This document shows positions 10,025 through 20,271 of a stretch of DNA of 64,000 nt, one piece after another. A program made the position numbers and the translations under genes. Every line of letters starts with the position of its first letter. The stretch's first letter is position 1. Under the pieces are notes generated by a model. That model ran no database searches, had not been told where the DNA came from, and saw nothing but the letters and a program-made list of their open reading frames with translations. Origin of the DNA: Chloroflexota bacterium (lineage in GTDB: Bacteria; Chloroflexota; Limnocylindria; Limnocylindrales; CSP1-4); contig JAXLXC010000002.1 of assembly GCA_046328155.1 (NCBI GenBank), forward strand, positions 63,129 to 127,128, in the 5' to 3' direction.

Positions 10025-10052
10025 GTGACGCCGATGACGTCGCCATGACGTC
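10025..10052. promoter_or_regulatory. phased direct repeats in the divergent regulator / Moco-enzyme promoter region (candidate response-regulator box)
   Basis: ATGACGTC at 10034-10041 and 10045-10052 (11-bp period), plus a degenerate GTGACGCC at 10025-10032. All sit inside the 69-nt intergenic space. Confidence 0.35.
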
Positions 10053-10080
10053 CGCGGCGCCGCGCTGTCATCCGATCGTC

Positions 10081-11733
10081 ATGCATCGGCTGCACGATCG
10101 GTCCATGCTCCGCGGTCCCGTGACGTCCCCACCCCCCACGACCGAGATGCCATCGTCCGCCAGTCGTGCCGCCGACCTCGCCGCGGCCGCCGCGGGTGCC
10201 ATCGCGGCGGCCGTGACCATCGGCGTGGGCGAGCTGTGCGCGGCGTTCCTCGTGGGTGCGCCGTCGCTGGTCATCGCCATCGGCGACCTGGTCATCGACC
10301 TCCAGCCGCCCGGCGCGAAGGACCTCATGGTCAGCCTCTTCGGCACGGCCGACAAGCTCGTGCTCAACGTGGCGATCGTGGTGGCGGCCGTGCTCATCGC
10401 CGCGGCGGTGGGCATCGCAGCGCGCCGGCGATGGCTCTGGGGCGTGGTCGGCTTCCTCGTCGCGGGAGGCATCGCCGTGGTGGCGGCGTCCCGACAGCCG
10501 CTGACCGACCGCGTGCTCGCGGTGCTGACCGTGGCCCTGGCCATCGTCGCGGGGCTGGCGGTGCTGCGCTGGCTGCTGGGCTTCACGCGTCCGACCTGGG
10601 CGCCGGCCGTGGCCGCGGTCCCCGGTCGTCGGGGCTCGATGCCCGACTGGGACCGGCGCGGCTTCCTCATCGCGGGTGGGTCGGCAGCCGTGGGCGCCGT
10701 GGTCGCGGGTGGCGTGGGACGCACGCTGCTCGAGGGTCGGGGCGCCGGGCCCACCGCGGCCGACGCGCTCCCGCCGTCGACCGCCGATGGCAGCCCCGGG
10801 CCCGACGCCACGCTGCCTCCCGGCACGGAGCTCGCCGTGGACGGCATCACCCCGCTGGTGGTGCCCAACGACCGCTTCTACCGCATCGACACCGCGCTCA
10901 TCGTGCCCCGGGTCGACGCCGCCACGTGGTCCATGACCGTGACGGGCATGGTCGACCAGGAGGTGCGCCTGACCTACGAGGAGCTGCGCGCGATGCCCCT
11001 GTTCGACCAGTACGTGACCATCGCGTGCGTCTCCAACGAGGTGGGCGGGGACCTCGTGGGGAACGCGCTATGGACGGGCGTGCACCTGCGCGACGTGCTC
11101 GCGATGGCAGGCGTCCAGACCGGGGCCACCCAGATCGTGGGTCGCTCGGTGGACGGCTTCACGGTCGGCTTCCCCACCGACTGGGCGATGGACCCCTCGC
11201 GCGACCCGATGATCGCCATCGGCATGAACGGCGAGCCGCTCCCCGTGGAGCACGGCTTCCCCGCCCGTCTCATCATCCCCGGGCTGTATGGCTACGTGAG
11301 CGCCACCAAGTGGCTGGGCAGCATCGAGCTCACGACCTGGGAGGGCTACGACGCCTACTGGGTGCCCCTGGGCTGGTCGAAGGAGGGCCCCATCCTCACC
11401 CAGTCGCGCATCGACACCCCACGCTCGGGGGCGACGCTCGCCGCGGGCACGGTCAACGTCGCGGGCGTGGCGTGGGCACCCGACCGGGGGGTCGAGCGCG
11501 TGGAGGTCAAGGTCGATGACGGGGCGTGGGTCCAGGCGACCACGTCGGCGCCCCTGAGCGACGCGACGTGGGTCCAGTGGGTGCGGCCGTGGGACGCCAC
11601 GCCTGGGGACCACACCATCGAGGTGCGTGCCACGGACGGGACGGGCGAGGTCCAGACCGCCGATGTCACCCGCCCGGCGCCCGACGGCGCCCGCGGCCAT
11701 CACGCCATCCAGGTGCGCGTGACCCAAGGCTGA
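10081..11733 (+). CDS. membrane-anchored molybdopterin-dependent oxidoreductase (sulfite-oxidase family)
   Basis: N-terminal multi-TM region followed by Moco/dimerisation domains (GFPARLIIPGLYGYVSATKWLGSIELT, AWAPDRGVERVEVKVDDG). Alternative ATG start at 10105. Confidence 0.75.
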   Translation: MHRLHDRSMLRGPVTSPPPTTEMPSSASRAADLAAAAAGAIAAAVTIGVGELCAAFLVGAPSLVIAIGDLVIDLQPPGAKDLMVSLFGTADKLVLNVAIVVAAVLIAAAVGIAARRRWLWGVVGFLVAGGIAVVAASRQPLTDRVLAVLTVALAIVAGLAVLRWLLGFTRPTWAPAVAAVPGRRGSMPDWDRRGFLIAGGSAAVGAVVAGGVGRTLLEGRGAGPTAADALPPSTADGSPGPDATLPPGTELAVDGITPLVVPNDRFYRIDTALIVPRVDAATWSMTVTGMVDQEVRLTYEELRAMPLFDQYVTIACVSNEVGGDLVGNALWTGVHLRDVLAMAGVQTGATQIVGRSVDGFTVGFPTDWAMDPSRDPMIAIGMNGEPLPVEHGFPARLIIPGLYGYVSATKWLGSIELTTWEGYDAYWVPLGWSKEGPILTQSRIDTPRSGATLAAGTVNVAGVAWAPDRGVERVEVKVDDGAWVQATTSAPLSDATWVQWVRPWDATPGDHTIEVRATDGTGEVQTADVTRPAPDGARGHHAIQVRVTQG

Positions 11734-11850
11734 GCGGTCCCCGCCGGGGGCACCGATGGATCCGCGGCTCGCGACTGGTCACACTGGGTGGACGCACGGG
11801 ACGCGGGCCGCGACCCAGACGCACGACGGCCCCCACGGGAGACATCCATC

Positions 11851-12369
11851 ATGGCTGGTCGGCAACCGCGCGAGACGCGGAACCTCGACACCTACGGCAA
11901 CCCGCCCCTGGAGTGGGAGCGCGTCCGACGCGCGCTGGAGCAGACCGTCTCGGGCGAGAGCATCACCTGGTTCCTGGGCGTCACGGGCCCGGACGGGACG
12001 CCCCACGCCGCCGGCGTGGGCGCCGTGTGGGTCGATGACCAGGCGTACCTCGTGAGCGGGCCGGGCACCCGCAAGTCGCGCGACCTCGCTCGGCAGCCCG
12101 CCGCGAGCCTGTCGGTGCACCTGCCGGACCTGGACCTGGTGTTCGAGGGGACGGCCAGGCGGGTGACCGACGCGCCCACGCTCGAGCGGCTGGTGCGCGT
12201 CTACAACGCCACCGGCTGGCCCGCCGAGGTGGAGGGTGACGCGCTCACCGGCCCCTTCAGCGCGCCGAGCGCGGGGCCACCTCCGTGGTACCTGTATCGC
12301 CTCGAGCTGGGCTCCGTCTACGCCGTCGCGGGGGCCGAGCCCCACGGCGCCACCCGCTGGCGCTTCTGA
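11851..12369 (+). CDS. pyridoxamine-5-phosphate-oxidase-fold family protein
   Basis: 172-aa ORF (MAGRQPRETRNLDTYGNP...WFLGVTGPDGTPHAAGVGAVWVDDQAYLVSG). The resemblance is at family level only. Confidence 0.5.
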   Translation: MAGRQPRETRNLDTYGNPPLEWERVRRALEQTVSGESITWFLGVTGPDGTPHAAGVGAVWVDDQAYLVSGPGTRKSRDLARQPAASLSVHLPDLDLVFEGTARRVTDAPTLERLVRVYNATGWPAEVEGDALTGPFSAPSAGPPPWYLYRLELGSVYAVAGAEPHGATRWRF

Positions 12370-12411
12370 CGGGGCTGCGGCGACCGGCTCCGGCCGGCCG
12401 ACGAGCGGTGG

Positions 12412-12684
12412 TCAGCCGATGTTGCGCTTGCGCAGCTGGTCGCGGACCGGCCCGTAGATCGCCAGCGCCACGATGGCCCCGATGATGGAGCCGATGAGCC
12501 CGGTCGGGCGCAGCTCGAGGCCATCGCCCGCCAGCAGCGAGAAGATGAGGCCACCCACGAACGAGCCCACGATGCCGATGACGAACAGCTCCCAGTTCTC
12601 GTACTTGCGCTTGCCCGCCACCAGATAGTTGGCGATGAACCCGGCGACGAGGGCGATGACGATGAACGCGAGGAGGAGATACAT
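12412..12684 (-). CDS. GlsB/YeaQ/YmgE-family small stress membrane protein
   Basis: 90 aa with three Gly-rich TM helices (MYLLLAFIVIALVAGFIANYLV...GIVGSFVGGLIFSLL...GSIIGAIVALAIY). Confidence 0.75.
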   Translation of the reverse strand: MYLLLAFIVIALVAGFIANYLVAGKRKYENWELFVIGIVGSFVGGLIFSLLAGDGLELRPTGLIGSIIGAIVALAIYGPVRDQLRKRNIG

Positions 12685-12786
12685 GGCAGGCTCAGGCTCC
12701 TGGTTGGTCCGGATGGCCGACGGTCATCAGCGGCAAGCCTAGCGCCTCGGCCTGCCCATCGGCGTGGGCGATCGGCGAGCCGGCGC

Positions 12787-13620
12787 TCACGGCTCGGCGC
12801 GCCCCATGCGCGCGTAGAGCCCGGGCTGCCGATCGGCCAGATAGCTGGCGTAGCCACGCCACCGATCCAGGTCGGCCGTCGGGTCAGCCAGCCGCGCGGC
12901 CGCGATGCCCTCGCCGTCGTCGAGCGTGGCCAGCACCGCGCCCGTGGGGCTCGCGATGGTCGAGTGCCCCACGCTCGTGAAGCCCGCCTCCTCGCCCACG
13001 CGGGCAGCCATCGCGACATGGACGCTGTTCTCCAGCGCGCGCGTCCGGGCCAGCGCGCGCACGCTCTCGCCCGTCCAGCCCATGCCCGTCTGCCACGGGT
13101 CGGTGATCCAGTCCGTGCCGTTGACGATCAGCTCGGCCCCGCCCAGGACCAGGCCTCGGACGTACTCCGGGAACATCAGGTCGTAGCACACGGTGAGCCC
13201 GATCCGGCCCAGCGCGGTGTCCACCAGGCAGGGCTCGTCGCCGGCGCTGAACACCGCCCGCTCGCCCGCGAACAGATGGACCTTCCGGTACATCGCCAGC
13301 AGCCCGTCGCGTGGTGCGAGGAGGGCGAGGCTGTCGTACACGCTCGCGCCGTCGGCCTCGATCAGCCCGACGGCCAGGTGACGGCCCAGACGCGTGGCGA
13401 TGTCCACGAGCCGCGTCACCATGGGTCCGTCGGCGGTGGTCGCCAGCGACCTCGCCCGGTCGCCCACGAAGTAGCCGGTCGTGGCGCATTCGGGCAGGAT
13501 CACCAGGTCGGCCCCATGGTCGCGCACCGCGTCGGCGGCCAGACGCTCGATGTGCCGAAGGTTCGCCTCGACGTCGCCCAGGATGCAGTCCATCTGCACG
13601 ACCGCGACACGCATGTCCAC
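12787..13620 (-). CDS. carbon-nitrogen hydrolase (nitrilase superfamily) amidohydrolase
   Basis: Glu-Lys-Cys triad contexts ADLVILPE, YRKVHLF, LTVCYDLMFPE. Its start lies 3 nt downstream of the stop (13624) of the upstream ABC ATPase gene. Confidence 0.8.
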   Translation of the reverse strand: MDMRVAVVQMDCILGDVEANLRHIERLAADAVRDHGADLVILPECATTGYFVGDRARSLATTADGPMVTRLVDIATRLGRHLAVGLIEADGASVYDSLALLAPRDGLLAMYRKVHLFAGERAVFSAGDEPCLVDTALGRIGLTVCYDLMFPEYVRGLVLGGAELIVNGTDWITDPWQTGMGWTGESVRALARTRALENSVHVAMAARVGEEAGFTSVGHSTIASPTGAVLATLDDGEGIAAARLADPTADLDRWRGYASYLADRQPGLYARMGRAEP

Positions 13621-13623
13621 CCA

Positions 13624-15267
13624 TCAACCCCCCATCGACGCCGGAGCGGCCGCGGTCACGCCCGCGCCCGCGGGGATGCCGCCCATGGCAGCGGCACGCA
13701 TCACATCCTCCTCGGTCGCCCCGCCCGGCAGCTCCGCGACCAGCCGGCCTGCCCGCAGGACCAGGATCCGGTCGGCGAGGCCGAGCACCTCCGGCAGCTC
13801 CGAGCTCGCCAGGACGATGGCCAGCCCCGCGGCGGCGAGCCCTCGCAACAGGGCGTGGAGCTCGGCCTTGGCTCCCACGTCGATGCCTCGGGTCGGCTCG
13901 TCGCACAGCAGCACGCGGGGCCCGATGGCGAGCCACTTGCCGATGACCACCCGCTGCTGGTTGCCACCCGAGAGCGTCCCGGCGCGCGCGTCCAGGACCG
14001 ACCGTCGCAGGTGCACCTGGTCGGCGGCCGTCTGGGCGATGGCTCGGGCGGCCCGCGGCTGGTACACGCCGGCGCGGCCGGGGATCCTGGTCGCGATGAG
14101 GTTCGCGAGGTTGGTCAGGTCCAGCGCGAGGCCCTCGTCCTTGCGATCCTCCGTGACGAAGCCGATGCCCGCGGCGATGGCGGCCGCCGGTGACGGGTCG
14201 ACCGGCACGCCATCGACGGTCACCGTCCGCGTGCCGTCAGGCACCGCGCCCACGATGGTGCGCAGGAGCGTCGTGCGGCCCGAGCCGATGAGGCCCGCGA
14301 GGCCCACGATCTCGCCCGGCCATGCGTCCACGGAGATCGCGGTGATCCCCGACGCAGGCGTGCCTGCCGTGGCGTCTCGCACGACGAGACGTGGCGGCCC
14401 GCTCCGGTCGATGCCGGCCGGGCGCGGCGGATACAGGTCGGCCACCAGGTCCCGGCCGACCATCAGGGACACCAGGGCGTGGTGGTCGGTCGAGGCCGTG
14501 GGCATGGTGCGCACGAGCCGGCCGTCCTTGAGCACCGTCACCGTGTCGCTGATCTGGAAGATCTCGTCGAGCCGATGGGAGACGTAGAGGACCGCGCGGC
14601 CCTCGGCACGCAGCCGCTGGATGACCCGGAACAGCTGGTCCTGCTCCAGCGACGTCAGGGATGCGGTCGGCTCGTCCATCACGACCAGCGCCGCGTCGCG
14701 GGACAGCGCCTTGGCGATCTCCACGAGCTGCCGCTGGGCCACGGAGAGGCCCCGGACCGCCGCACGCCCGTCGACCGGGATGTCCAGGGAGGCCAGATGC
14801 TCCTGCGCCATCCGATACAGCTGGCGCACATCGAGGAACGGCCCGCGTCGGGGCTCCCGGTGGAGGTACAGGTTCTGGGCGACGTCGAGGTCCGGGACCA
14901 GGCTCTGCTCCTGGTACACGACCGAGACGCCCGCGGACTCGGCGGCTGCGGGTCCCACGAACCGCGTCGGGACGCCCCGGGCCAGGATGGTGCCCGCATC
15001 GGGCGATTCGACGCCCGCGATGATCGCGATGCAGGTGGACTTGCCCGCCCCGTTCTCGCCCACGAGCGCATGCACGGACCCGGGCAGCAGCGCGAGGTCG
15101 ACGGCGTCGAGCGCCCGGACCACGCCGAACGACTTGGAGACGCCTCGCAGCTCGATGACCGGCGGGACGCCCGCCGGGTCGGGAGGCTCGGGAGCCAGGG
15201 GCTCCCGAGCCGTCGCGATGCCCAAGGTCAGGAGGGCAGGAACTCGGCCGGCAGGTCGTTGGCCCAC
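13624..15267 (-). CDS. sugar-type (CUT2) ABC transporter ATP-binding protein, two fused ABC domains
   Basis: Walker A GENGAGKST. Signatures LSVAQRQLVEIAKAL and LSGGNQQRVVIGKWL. Start is uncertain (ATG 15267 overlaps the binding-protein gene; alternative TTG 15225). Confidence 0.85.
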   Translation of the reverse strand: MGQRPAGRVPALLTLGIATAREPLAPEPPDPAGVPPVIELRGVSKSFGVVRALDAVDLALLPGSVHALVGENGAGKSTCIAIIAGVESPDAGTILARGVPTRFVGPAAAESAGVSVVYQEQSLVPDLDVAQNLYLHREPRRGPFLDVRQLYRMAQEHLASLDIPVDGRAAVRGLSVAQRQLVEIAKALSRDAALVVMDEPTASLTSLEQDQLFRVIQRLRAEGRAVLYVSHRLDEIFQISDTVTVLKDGRLVRTMPTASTDHHALVSLMVGRDLVADLYPPRPAGIDRSGPPRLVVRDATAGTPASGITAISVDAWPGEIVGLAGLIGSGRTTLLRTIVGAVPDGTRTVTVDGVPVDPSPAAAIAAGIGFVTEDRKDEGLALDLTNLANLIATRIPGRAGVYQPRAARAIAQTAADQVHLRRSVLDARAGTLSGGNQQRVVIGKWLAIGPRVLLCDEPTRGIDVGAKAELHALLRGLAAAGLAIVLASSELPEVLGLADRILVLRAGRLVAELPGGATEEDVMRAAAMGGIPAGAGVTAAAPASMGG

Positions 15268-16339
15268 CAGTCATCGGGCGCGTCGGGGTCCGCGAGCGCC
15301 GCCGCGTCCGCGGGCTGGTACCACGTGGACGGCACATGGACGCCCTTGGTGACCTCCTCGCCCGACAGGATGCGGGTCATCTGCTGGACGCCCACGCCGC
15401 CCGCGCTGGGCGGGAACGTGACCACGCCGCCATTGCTCTCCGGATGCGCCGCGATCCACTTGAGCCAGCCGTTGTACTCGTCGCCCGGCGAGAACGTGAC
15501 GTCGCCCAGCCGACCAGCCTCGTCGAACGCCTCTGCGACGCCCGCCGACATCTGGCCCGCCGGCGAGAACACGCCGTCGATGTCCGAGAAGCGCTGGAGC
15601 CAGGTCTCGGTGAGCTCCTTGGCCTTCGCCCGGTTCCAGTCGCCGTTCTGGGTGTCGAGCAGCTCGATGCCCGGGTTGGCGGCCAGCACGTCCTTGAGCG
15701 CCTTGTCCTGGTCCACCGCGGCGGTCGTGCCGGCGATGGGCAGCATGGACACGATGGTGCCCTGCCCGCCCAAGGCCTCGACCAGCTTGAGGGCACCGGC
15801 GACGCCGAGCTCGTACTGGTCGATATAGGCGTTGGAGACGATGCCGGGCAGGTCGGCATAGCCGCCGCCGACGTTGACGGTGGGGATCCCGGCCGCGACC
15901 GCCTGCTCCAGGCCCGGCTCGATGGCCGTGTCGTCGATGGGCCAGTAGATGATGGCGTCGCAGCCCTGGTTGATGAGGTCGGTGACGTCACCGATCTGCT
16001 TGTTGGGGTCGAAGTTGGCGTCGGTGACCACGATGTCGGGCTCGTAGCGCGGCTCGAGCGACGCCTGGTACTTGATGTGCTGGAGCGCGAACACGACCCA
16101 CGAGTTGGTCATGTAGCCGGCGCTGACGCACAGCTTCCAGGGGCCGTCCTTGGCGAAGGCGCTGGTGTCCACGACCGTATCCGCGGTCTGCGCCTCGGGG
16201 GACACGTACTGCGCGGGGATCGAGATGGGCTGGCCGCTGCCGCCGGTCGGCGCGGCGCTCGGGGATTGCGCGACAGCCGGGCTCGCGGCCACCGCCACGG
16301 CCACGAGGGCGGTTCCGAGGACTGGACACGACGATTCAT
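15228..16339 (-). CDS. periplasmic sugar-type ABC substrate-binding protein; start and body differ by one nucleotide
   Basis: AAGGAG-N7-ATG at 16339 encodes MNRRVQSS in one frame. The signal peptide and mature protein (GTALVAVAVAASPAVAQS...) are in the ORF 15228..16406 frame. Length is 1112 nt (3n+2), so the simplest reading is a missing G near 16313-16318. Confidence 0.7.
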
Positions 16340-16451
16340 GAGGTTGCTCCTTGTCGCATCCGGATGGGGGACCAGGGTCGTCGGGGGCTCGCGCAAGGGC
16401 CGGCACCAGCGTCGCGCGGACGGCGCCGCGCCGGATGCCCCTGGGCGTCCG

Positions 16452-17453
16452 TCACGCCATGACGCCCTCCTTGCGCTGAGCAGCCACATGCAGGGCGGCC
16501 ACCCCGAAGATGATGCCGCCCTTGACCAGCAGCTCCATGTCGATGGGCAGCCCCAGGATGTTCACCAGGTTGAACGATACGGCCAGGATGAGCACCCCGG
16601 CGACGGTGCCGCCGATGCCGCCACGGCCGCCCGCGAAGGTGGTCCCGCCCAGCACCACCGCGGCGAGGGCATCGAACTCGAAGCCCTGCCCCGCGAAGGT
16701 GCTCGAGACGCCGGACCTCGCCAGCAGCGCGAGGCCGGCCAGGGCCGCGCAGGTCCCCGAGAACGCGAACACGGTCAGCCTCGTCCGGGTCACCGGGAGC
16801 CCCGACAGCCGCGCCGACCGCGGGTTCGCGCCGACCAGGTAGATACGCCGCCCCAGGACCGTGCGCTGCTGCACGAACAGCCCCACGACCACCACCGCGC
16901 CGAAGATCACGACGAGCACGGGCAGGATCCCGATGCGACCGTTGAACACGGCCCTGAACGCGGGAGCGACGTCGCCTGCCGCGGTGCCTCCCGTGTACAG
17001 CTGGGTGATGCCCGAGATCGCGGTGGCCATGCCCAGCGTGAGGATGAACGACGGCACGCGCCAGCGCGACACGATGACGCCGTTGATCACGCCCACGGCG
17101 AGCCCCATCAGGAGCACCAGGCAACACGCGAGCGGGATGTTCGCGTCCTGGCCGTCCATGATGGTCGCCGCCAGCACCGAGCCCAGGACGATCACGGCGC
17201 CCACCGAGAGGTCGACCCCGCCGGTGATCATGACCAGCGTGACGCCGACTGCGGTGATGCCCACCACGCTCGCCTGCCGCACGATGTTCAGGAGGTTGAC
17301 CGGGTTGAGGAACCCGGGTGACAGCACCGCGGCGATGGCGACGAGCAGGAGCAGCGCCAGCCACAGGCCGATGCCCCCGATGCCCAGCCGCCGGGCCGAC
17401 CGACCGAGCGCGGGCCCAGGCTCGGGCGGCAGGGCCGTCGTGGCGCTGGTCAT
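16452..17453 (-). CDS. ABC transporter permease (ribose/CUT2 type)
   Basis: Start MTSATTALPP at 17453 (ATGA overlap with the upstream permease). Typical IVRQASVVGITAVGVTLVMITGGVDLSVG and GGTTFAGGRGGIGGT motifs. Confidence 0.85.
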   Translation of the reverse strand: MTSATTALPPEPGPALGRSARRLGIGGIGLWLALLLLVAIAAVLSPGFLNPVNLLNIVRQASVVGITAVGVTLVMITGGVDLSVGAVIVLGSVLAATIMDGQDANIPLACCLVLLMGLAVGVINGVIVSRWRVPSFILTLGMATAISGITQLYTGGTAAGDVAPAFRAVFNGRIGILPVLVVIFGAVVVVGLFVQQRTVLGRRIYLVGANPRSARLSGLPVTRTRLTVFAFSGTCAALAGLALLARSGVSSTFAGQGFEFDALAAVVLGGTTFAGGRGGIGGTVAGVLILAVSFNLVNILGLPIDMELLVKGGIIFGVAALHVAAQRKEGVMA

Positions 17454-18418
17454 GCGTCGCGCCGCCGAGCGGTGTACACGGCGACCGCGACCACGATGAC
17501 GACGCCGTTGATCACCCGCTGGGCGAACGGCGAGATGCCCAGGAGGTTGAGCAGGGTGGCCAGCATGGTCAGGAGGAACACCGCGGCGATCGTCCCCGGC
17601 ACGCCACCCCGACCGCCCGACAGCGCGGTCCCGCCTACCACGACGGCCACGATGCTCGAGAGCTCGAAGCCGGCTCCCGCGCCGGTGAAGCCCGAGCCCA
17701 GGCGCGCCGCGAGGAGCAGTCCCGCGATGGATGCCAGCAGGCTGCACACGACGTAGGCAGCGACACGCACCCGGTCGATGGCGATCCCGGCGCGTCGCGC
17801 GTTGGGCGCGTCGCTGCCGAGTGCGTAGACATAGCGGCCGAACGGCGTGCGGGTCAGGACGACCCAGCAGATGACCGCCAGCACGCCCAGCAGGAGCGCC
17901 GGGACGGGCAGCGGGCCCAGGCTGCCATAGGCGAGCCGTCGGAACGCCTCGGGCGCGCTCCCCACGGTGCGATCGGTGTACAGGAAGATCAGCCCCTGGA
18001 GGACCGACAGCATGGCCAGCGTCACGATGAGCGGGTCCACGCGGGCCACCACCACACCCAGGCCGTTGGCGATCCCCGTGAGCAGCCCACACGCCAGCGC
18101 CACGAGCACGACCGGCACGATGAGCCCTGGGTCGCCCGCCATGATGCCGTTGGCCAGGACCGTCACCAGACCCATGAGCATGCCCACCGAGAGGTCGATG
18201 CCGCCGGTCAGGATCACGAACGTCTGGCCCAGCGCGACCACGCCCAGCACGGCCGCCTGTCGCAGGATCGCGTCCGCGTTGGCGCCCGTCCCGAAGTTGG
18301 GGACGGCCAGGATGCCCACGAGCAGGATCGCCACGAGCGCCACCCAGACGCCCAGCCGCGCGACCTGGTCGCGGACGTCCATCCGGGTGCGCGTCCCTGC
18401 CGCGAGGCTCGATGTCAT
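17450..18418 (-). CDS. ABC transporter permease (ribose/CUT2 type)
   Basis: ILRQAAVLGVVALGQTFVILTGGIDLSVG and GGTALSGGRGGVPGT. ATGA overlap with the isochorismatase-family gene. Confidence 0.85.
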   Translation of the reverse strand: MTSSLAAGTRTRMDVRDQVARLGVWVALVAILLVGILAVPNFGTGANADAILRQAAVLGVVALGQTFVILTGGIDLSVGMLMGLVTVLANGIMAGDPGLIVPVVLVALACGLLTGIANGLGVVVARVDPLIVTLAMLSVLQGLIFLYTDRTVGSAPEAFRRLAYGSLGPLPVPALLLGVLAVICWVVLTRTPFGRYVYALGSDAPNARRAGIAIDRVRVAAYVVCSLLASIAGLLLAARLGSGFTGAGAGFELSSIVAVVVGGTALSGGRGGVPGTIAAVFLLTMLATLLNLLGISPFAQRVINGVVIVVAVAVYTARRRDA

Positions 18419-19092
18419 CCGAGCCTGGGCCCGGGCTCGGCGTCGTCGTCGGGGGTCGCGGGCGTGTCGGCCGCCCCGCCGAGCTCGTCCAGGACCTGCG
18501 CCGCGCTCATGACCCGGCCGAACTTCATGGCCACGTTGCGCAGCGTGGCCCGATGGAGCTCCGCATCGAACGAGGACACGCCATCGCTCACGAGGACCGT
18601 CCGCAGCCCATGCTCGAACGCCCCGCGAACGGTCTCGTCGACGCAGATCTGCGTGACGGTCCCGACCACCACCACCGTGTCCGCGTCGTGGGCGACGAGC
18701 GCGTCGCGCAACCGGGTCCCATGGAACGCGCCATAGCCGTACTTGTCCACGACCAGGTCATCGGCGTCCGGCAGCAGCTCGTCCACGATGGCCGGACCCT
18801 CGCGCTCGCCATCGACGTCGCCGTAGGCGCGACGCACGCCCGGCCAGAAGCTGCGCGTGGGAGGCGCGAGCTCCGGCGACCAGGCCCAGATGAGGGTCTC
18901 GCGCGGGCCTGCGACGAACCGGGTGTAGACCACGAGCCGTCGCAGCTCGTGGAACCGGTCGACCAGCCGTCGGATGGTCGGGATGGTCGCGCGCGCGTCG
19001 GGCACCTCCTGTGGCGCGCCCACGCGCACGAAGTCGTTCTGCATGTCGACGACGACGAGGGCCGCACGTGCGGCCATGACCGGGAACGGCAC
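18415..19092 (-). CDS. isochorismatase-family (cysteine) hydrolase
   Basis: ALVVVDMQNDF, DKYGYGAFHGT, VVVVGTVTQICVDETVRGA (catalytic Cys context). First gene of the operon. Confidence 0.8.
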   Translation of the reverse strand: MPFPVMAARAALVVVDMQNDFVRVGAPQEVPDARATIPTIRRLVDRFHELRRLVVYTRFVAGPRETLIWAWSPELAPPTRSFWPGVRRAYGDVDGEREGPAIVDELLPDADDLVVDKYGYGAFHGTRLRDALVAHDADTVVVVGTVTQICVDETVRGAFEHGLRTVLVSDGVSSFDAELHRATLRNVAMKFGRVMSAAQVLDELGGAADTPATPDDDAEPGPRLG

Positions 19093-19216
19093 CCGAACCC
19101 CCCCTGCGCGTGACTCCGGCCCGCCGGGCCTGCTGGCCAGCCGACGGCGGCCCGGACGACGTCGCTAGGATACGGAACGTCGCGCTGGCGGACGGTGGTG
19201 CACGGGGGGATGTTGC

Positions 19217-20263
19217 GTGGGGGACGACCGACCCGACTCGCTCACGGGCGCCTCGGCCCCCGACGGCGAGGGGCAGCTCGACGAGTACCTGTCCCGACCC
19301 CGGCCCTCGACGGTCGCCGCGCTGGCGGGTCTCGAGGGCGACCTGCTGGTGCTGGGCGCGGGCGGCAAGATGGGTCTCAGCTTCGCGGCGATGGCCGCCC
19401 GCTCGCTGCGCGCCGCCGGTGACACGACGCGACGGGTGATCGCCGTGTCACGGTTCCATGACGGCGTGGAGCCCTTCCACGCGGCCGGCGTGGAGACCAT
19501 CAGCGCGGACCTGCTGGATGCCACGGCGCTCGACGCGTTGCCGGACGCACCGAACGTGCTGTTCCTCGCGGGCATGAAGTTCAGCGGCTCGGGGGCTGAT
19601 CGCTCACGTGGGCCATGAACGTCCTGCTCCAGGGCTCGTGGCACGCCGCTATCCGCGGGCTCGAGACCGTCGCGCTCTCGTCGGGCAACGTCTGCTGCGT
19701 TCTCGGCGGTCGGCTCGGGCGGCGGCCGCAGGGAGGACGCGCCGGAGCCCGTCGAATGCGCCCTGACCTGTCTGGGGCGAGGCGGATGTTCGAGCATGCG
19801 TCGCGGACGGGCGGGCTGCCCGTGGCGCTGATCAAGCTCAACTACGCCAGCGCCCTCCCGCTGTGGCGTGCTCGTGGACATCTGTCAGCGAGTCCTGGCG
19901 GATGAGCCCATCGACGTGACCATGAGCCGGCGCGTCCGCGTCATCTGGCGGGGCGATGCCTGCGCCGCCATCCTGGGCGTTCCCCCTGGCCAGCGCCTCC
20001 GCCATCCTCAACGTGACCGGGCCGGAGACGGTGCGCATGCGATGGGTCGCGGGCAATTCGCGGGCTTCCTGGGCCGCCACGCGCCGCGGTTCACCGGCGC
20101 CGAGGCTCTGCGGCACTGCTCAGCGATTCGTCGCGCATGGTCGAGCTGCTGGAGCGCCCCGGACACCTGGAGCAGCTCATCGGCGTGGACGGCCGACTGG
20201 GTGGCAGAGGCCGACCGTGCTGGGCAAGCCGACCGGCTTCAGCGACGCGACGGCCGGTTCTAG
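19217..20263 (+). pseudogene. NAD-dependent epimerase/dehydratase-family gene fragmented by many frameshifts
   Basis: Recognisable pieces jump between all three frames: LLVLGAGGKMGLSFA, APGLVARRYP, VALSSGNV, FSAVGSGGGRREDAPEPV, RMFEHASRTGGLPVALIKLNYA, LVDICQRVLADEPIDVTM, ILNVTGPETVRMRWVAG, FLGRHAPRFTGAEA, ...RRDGRF-stop. At least eight junctions. Confidence 0.6.
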
Positions 20264-20271
20264 GGGCAGCC

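Noticed and set aside
16340-16406. ATG 16406 as the binding-protein start, which would avoid invoking a frameshift
   Set aside because: It adds about 30 non-signal residues before the signal peptide and lacks an SD. The perfect AAGGAG-N7-ATG at 16339 is one nucleotide out of frame, so an indel is the better explanation.
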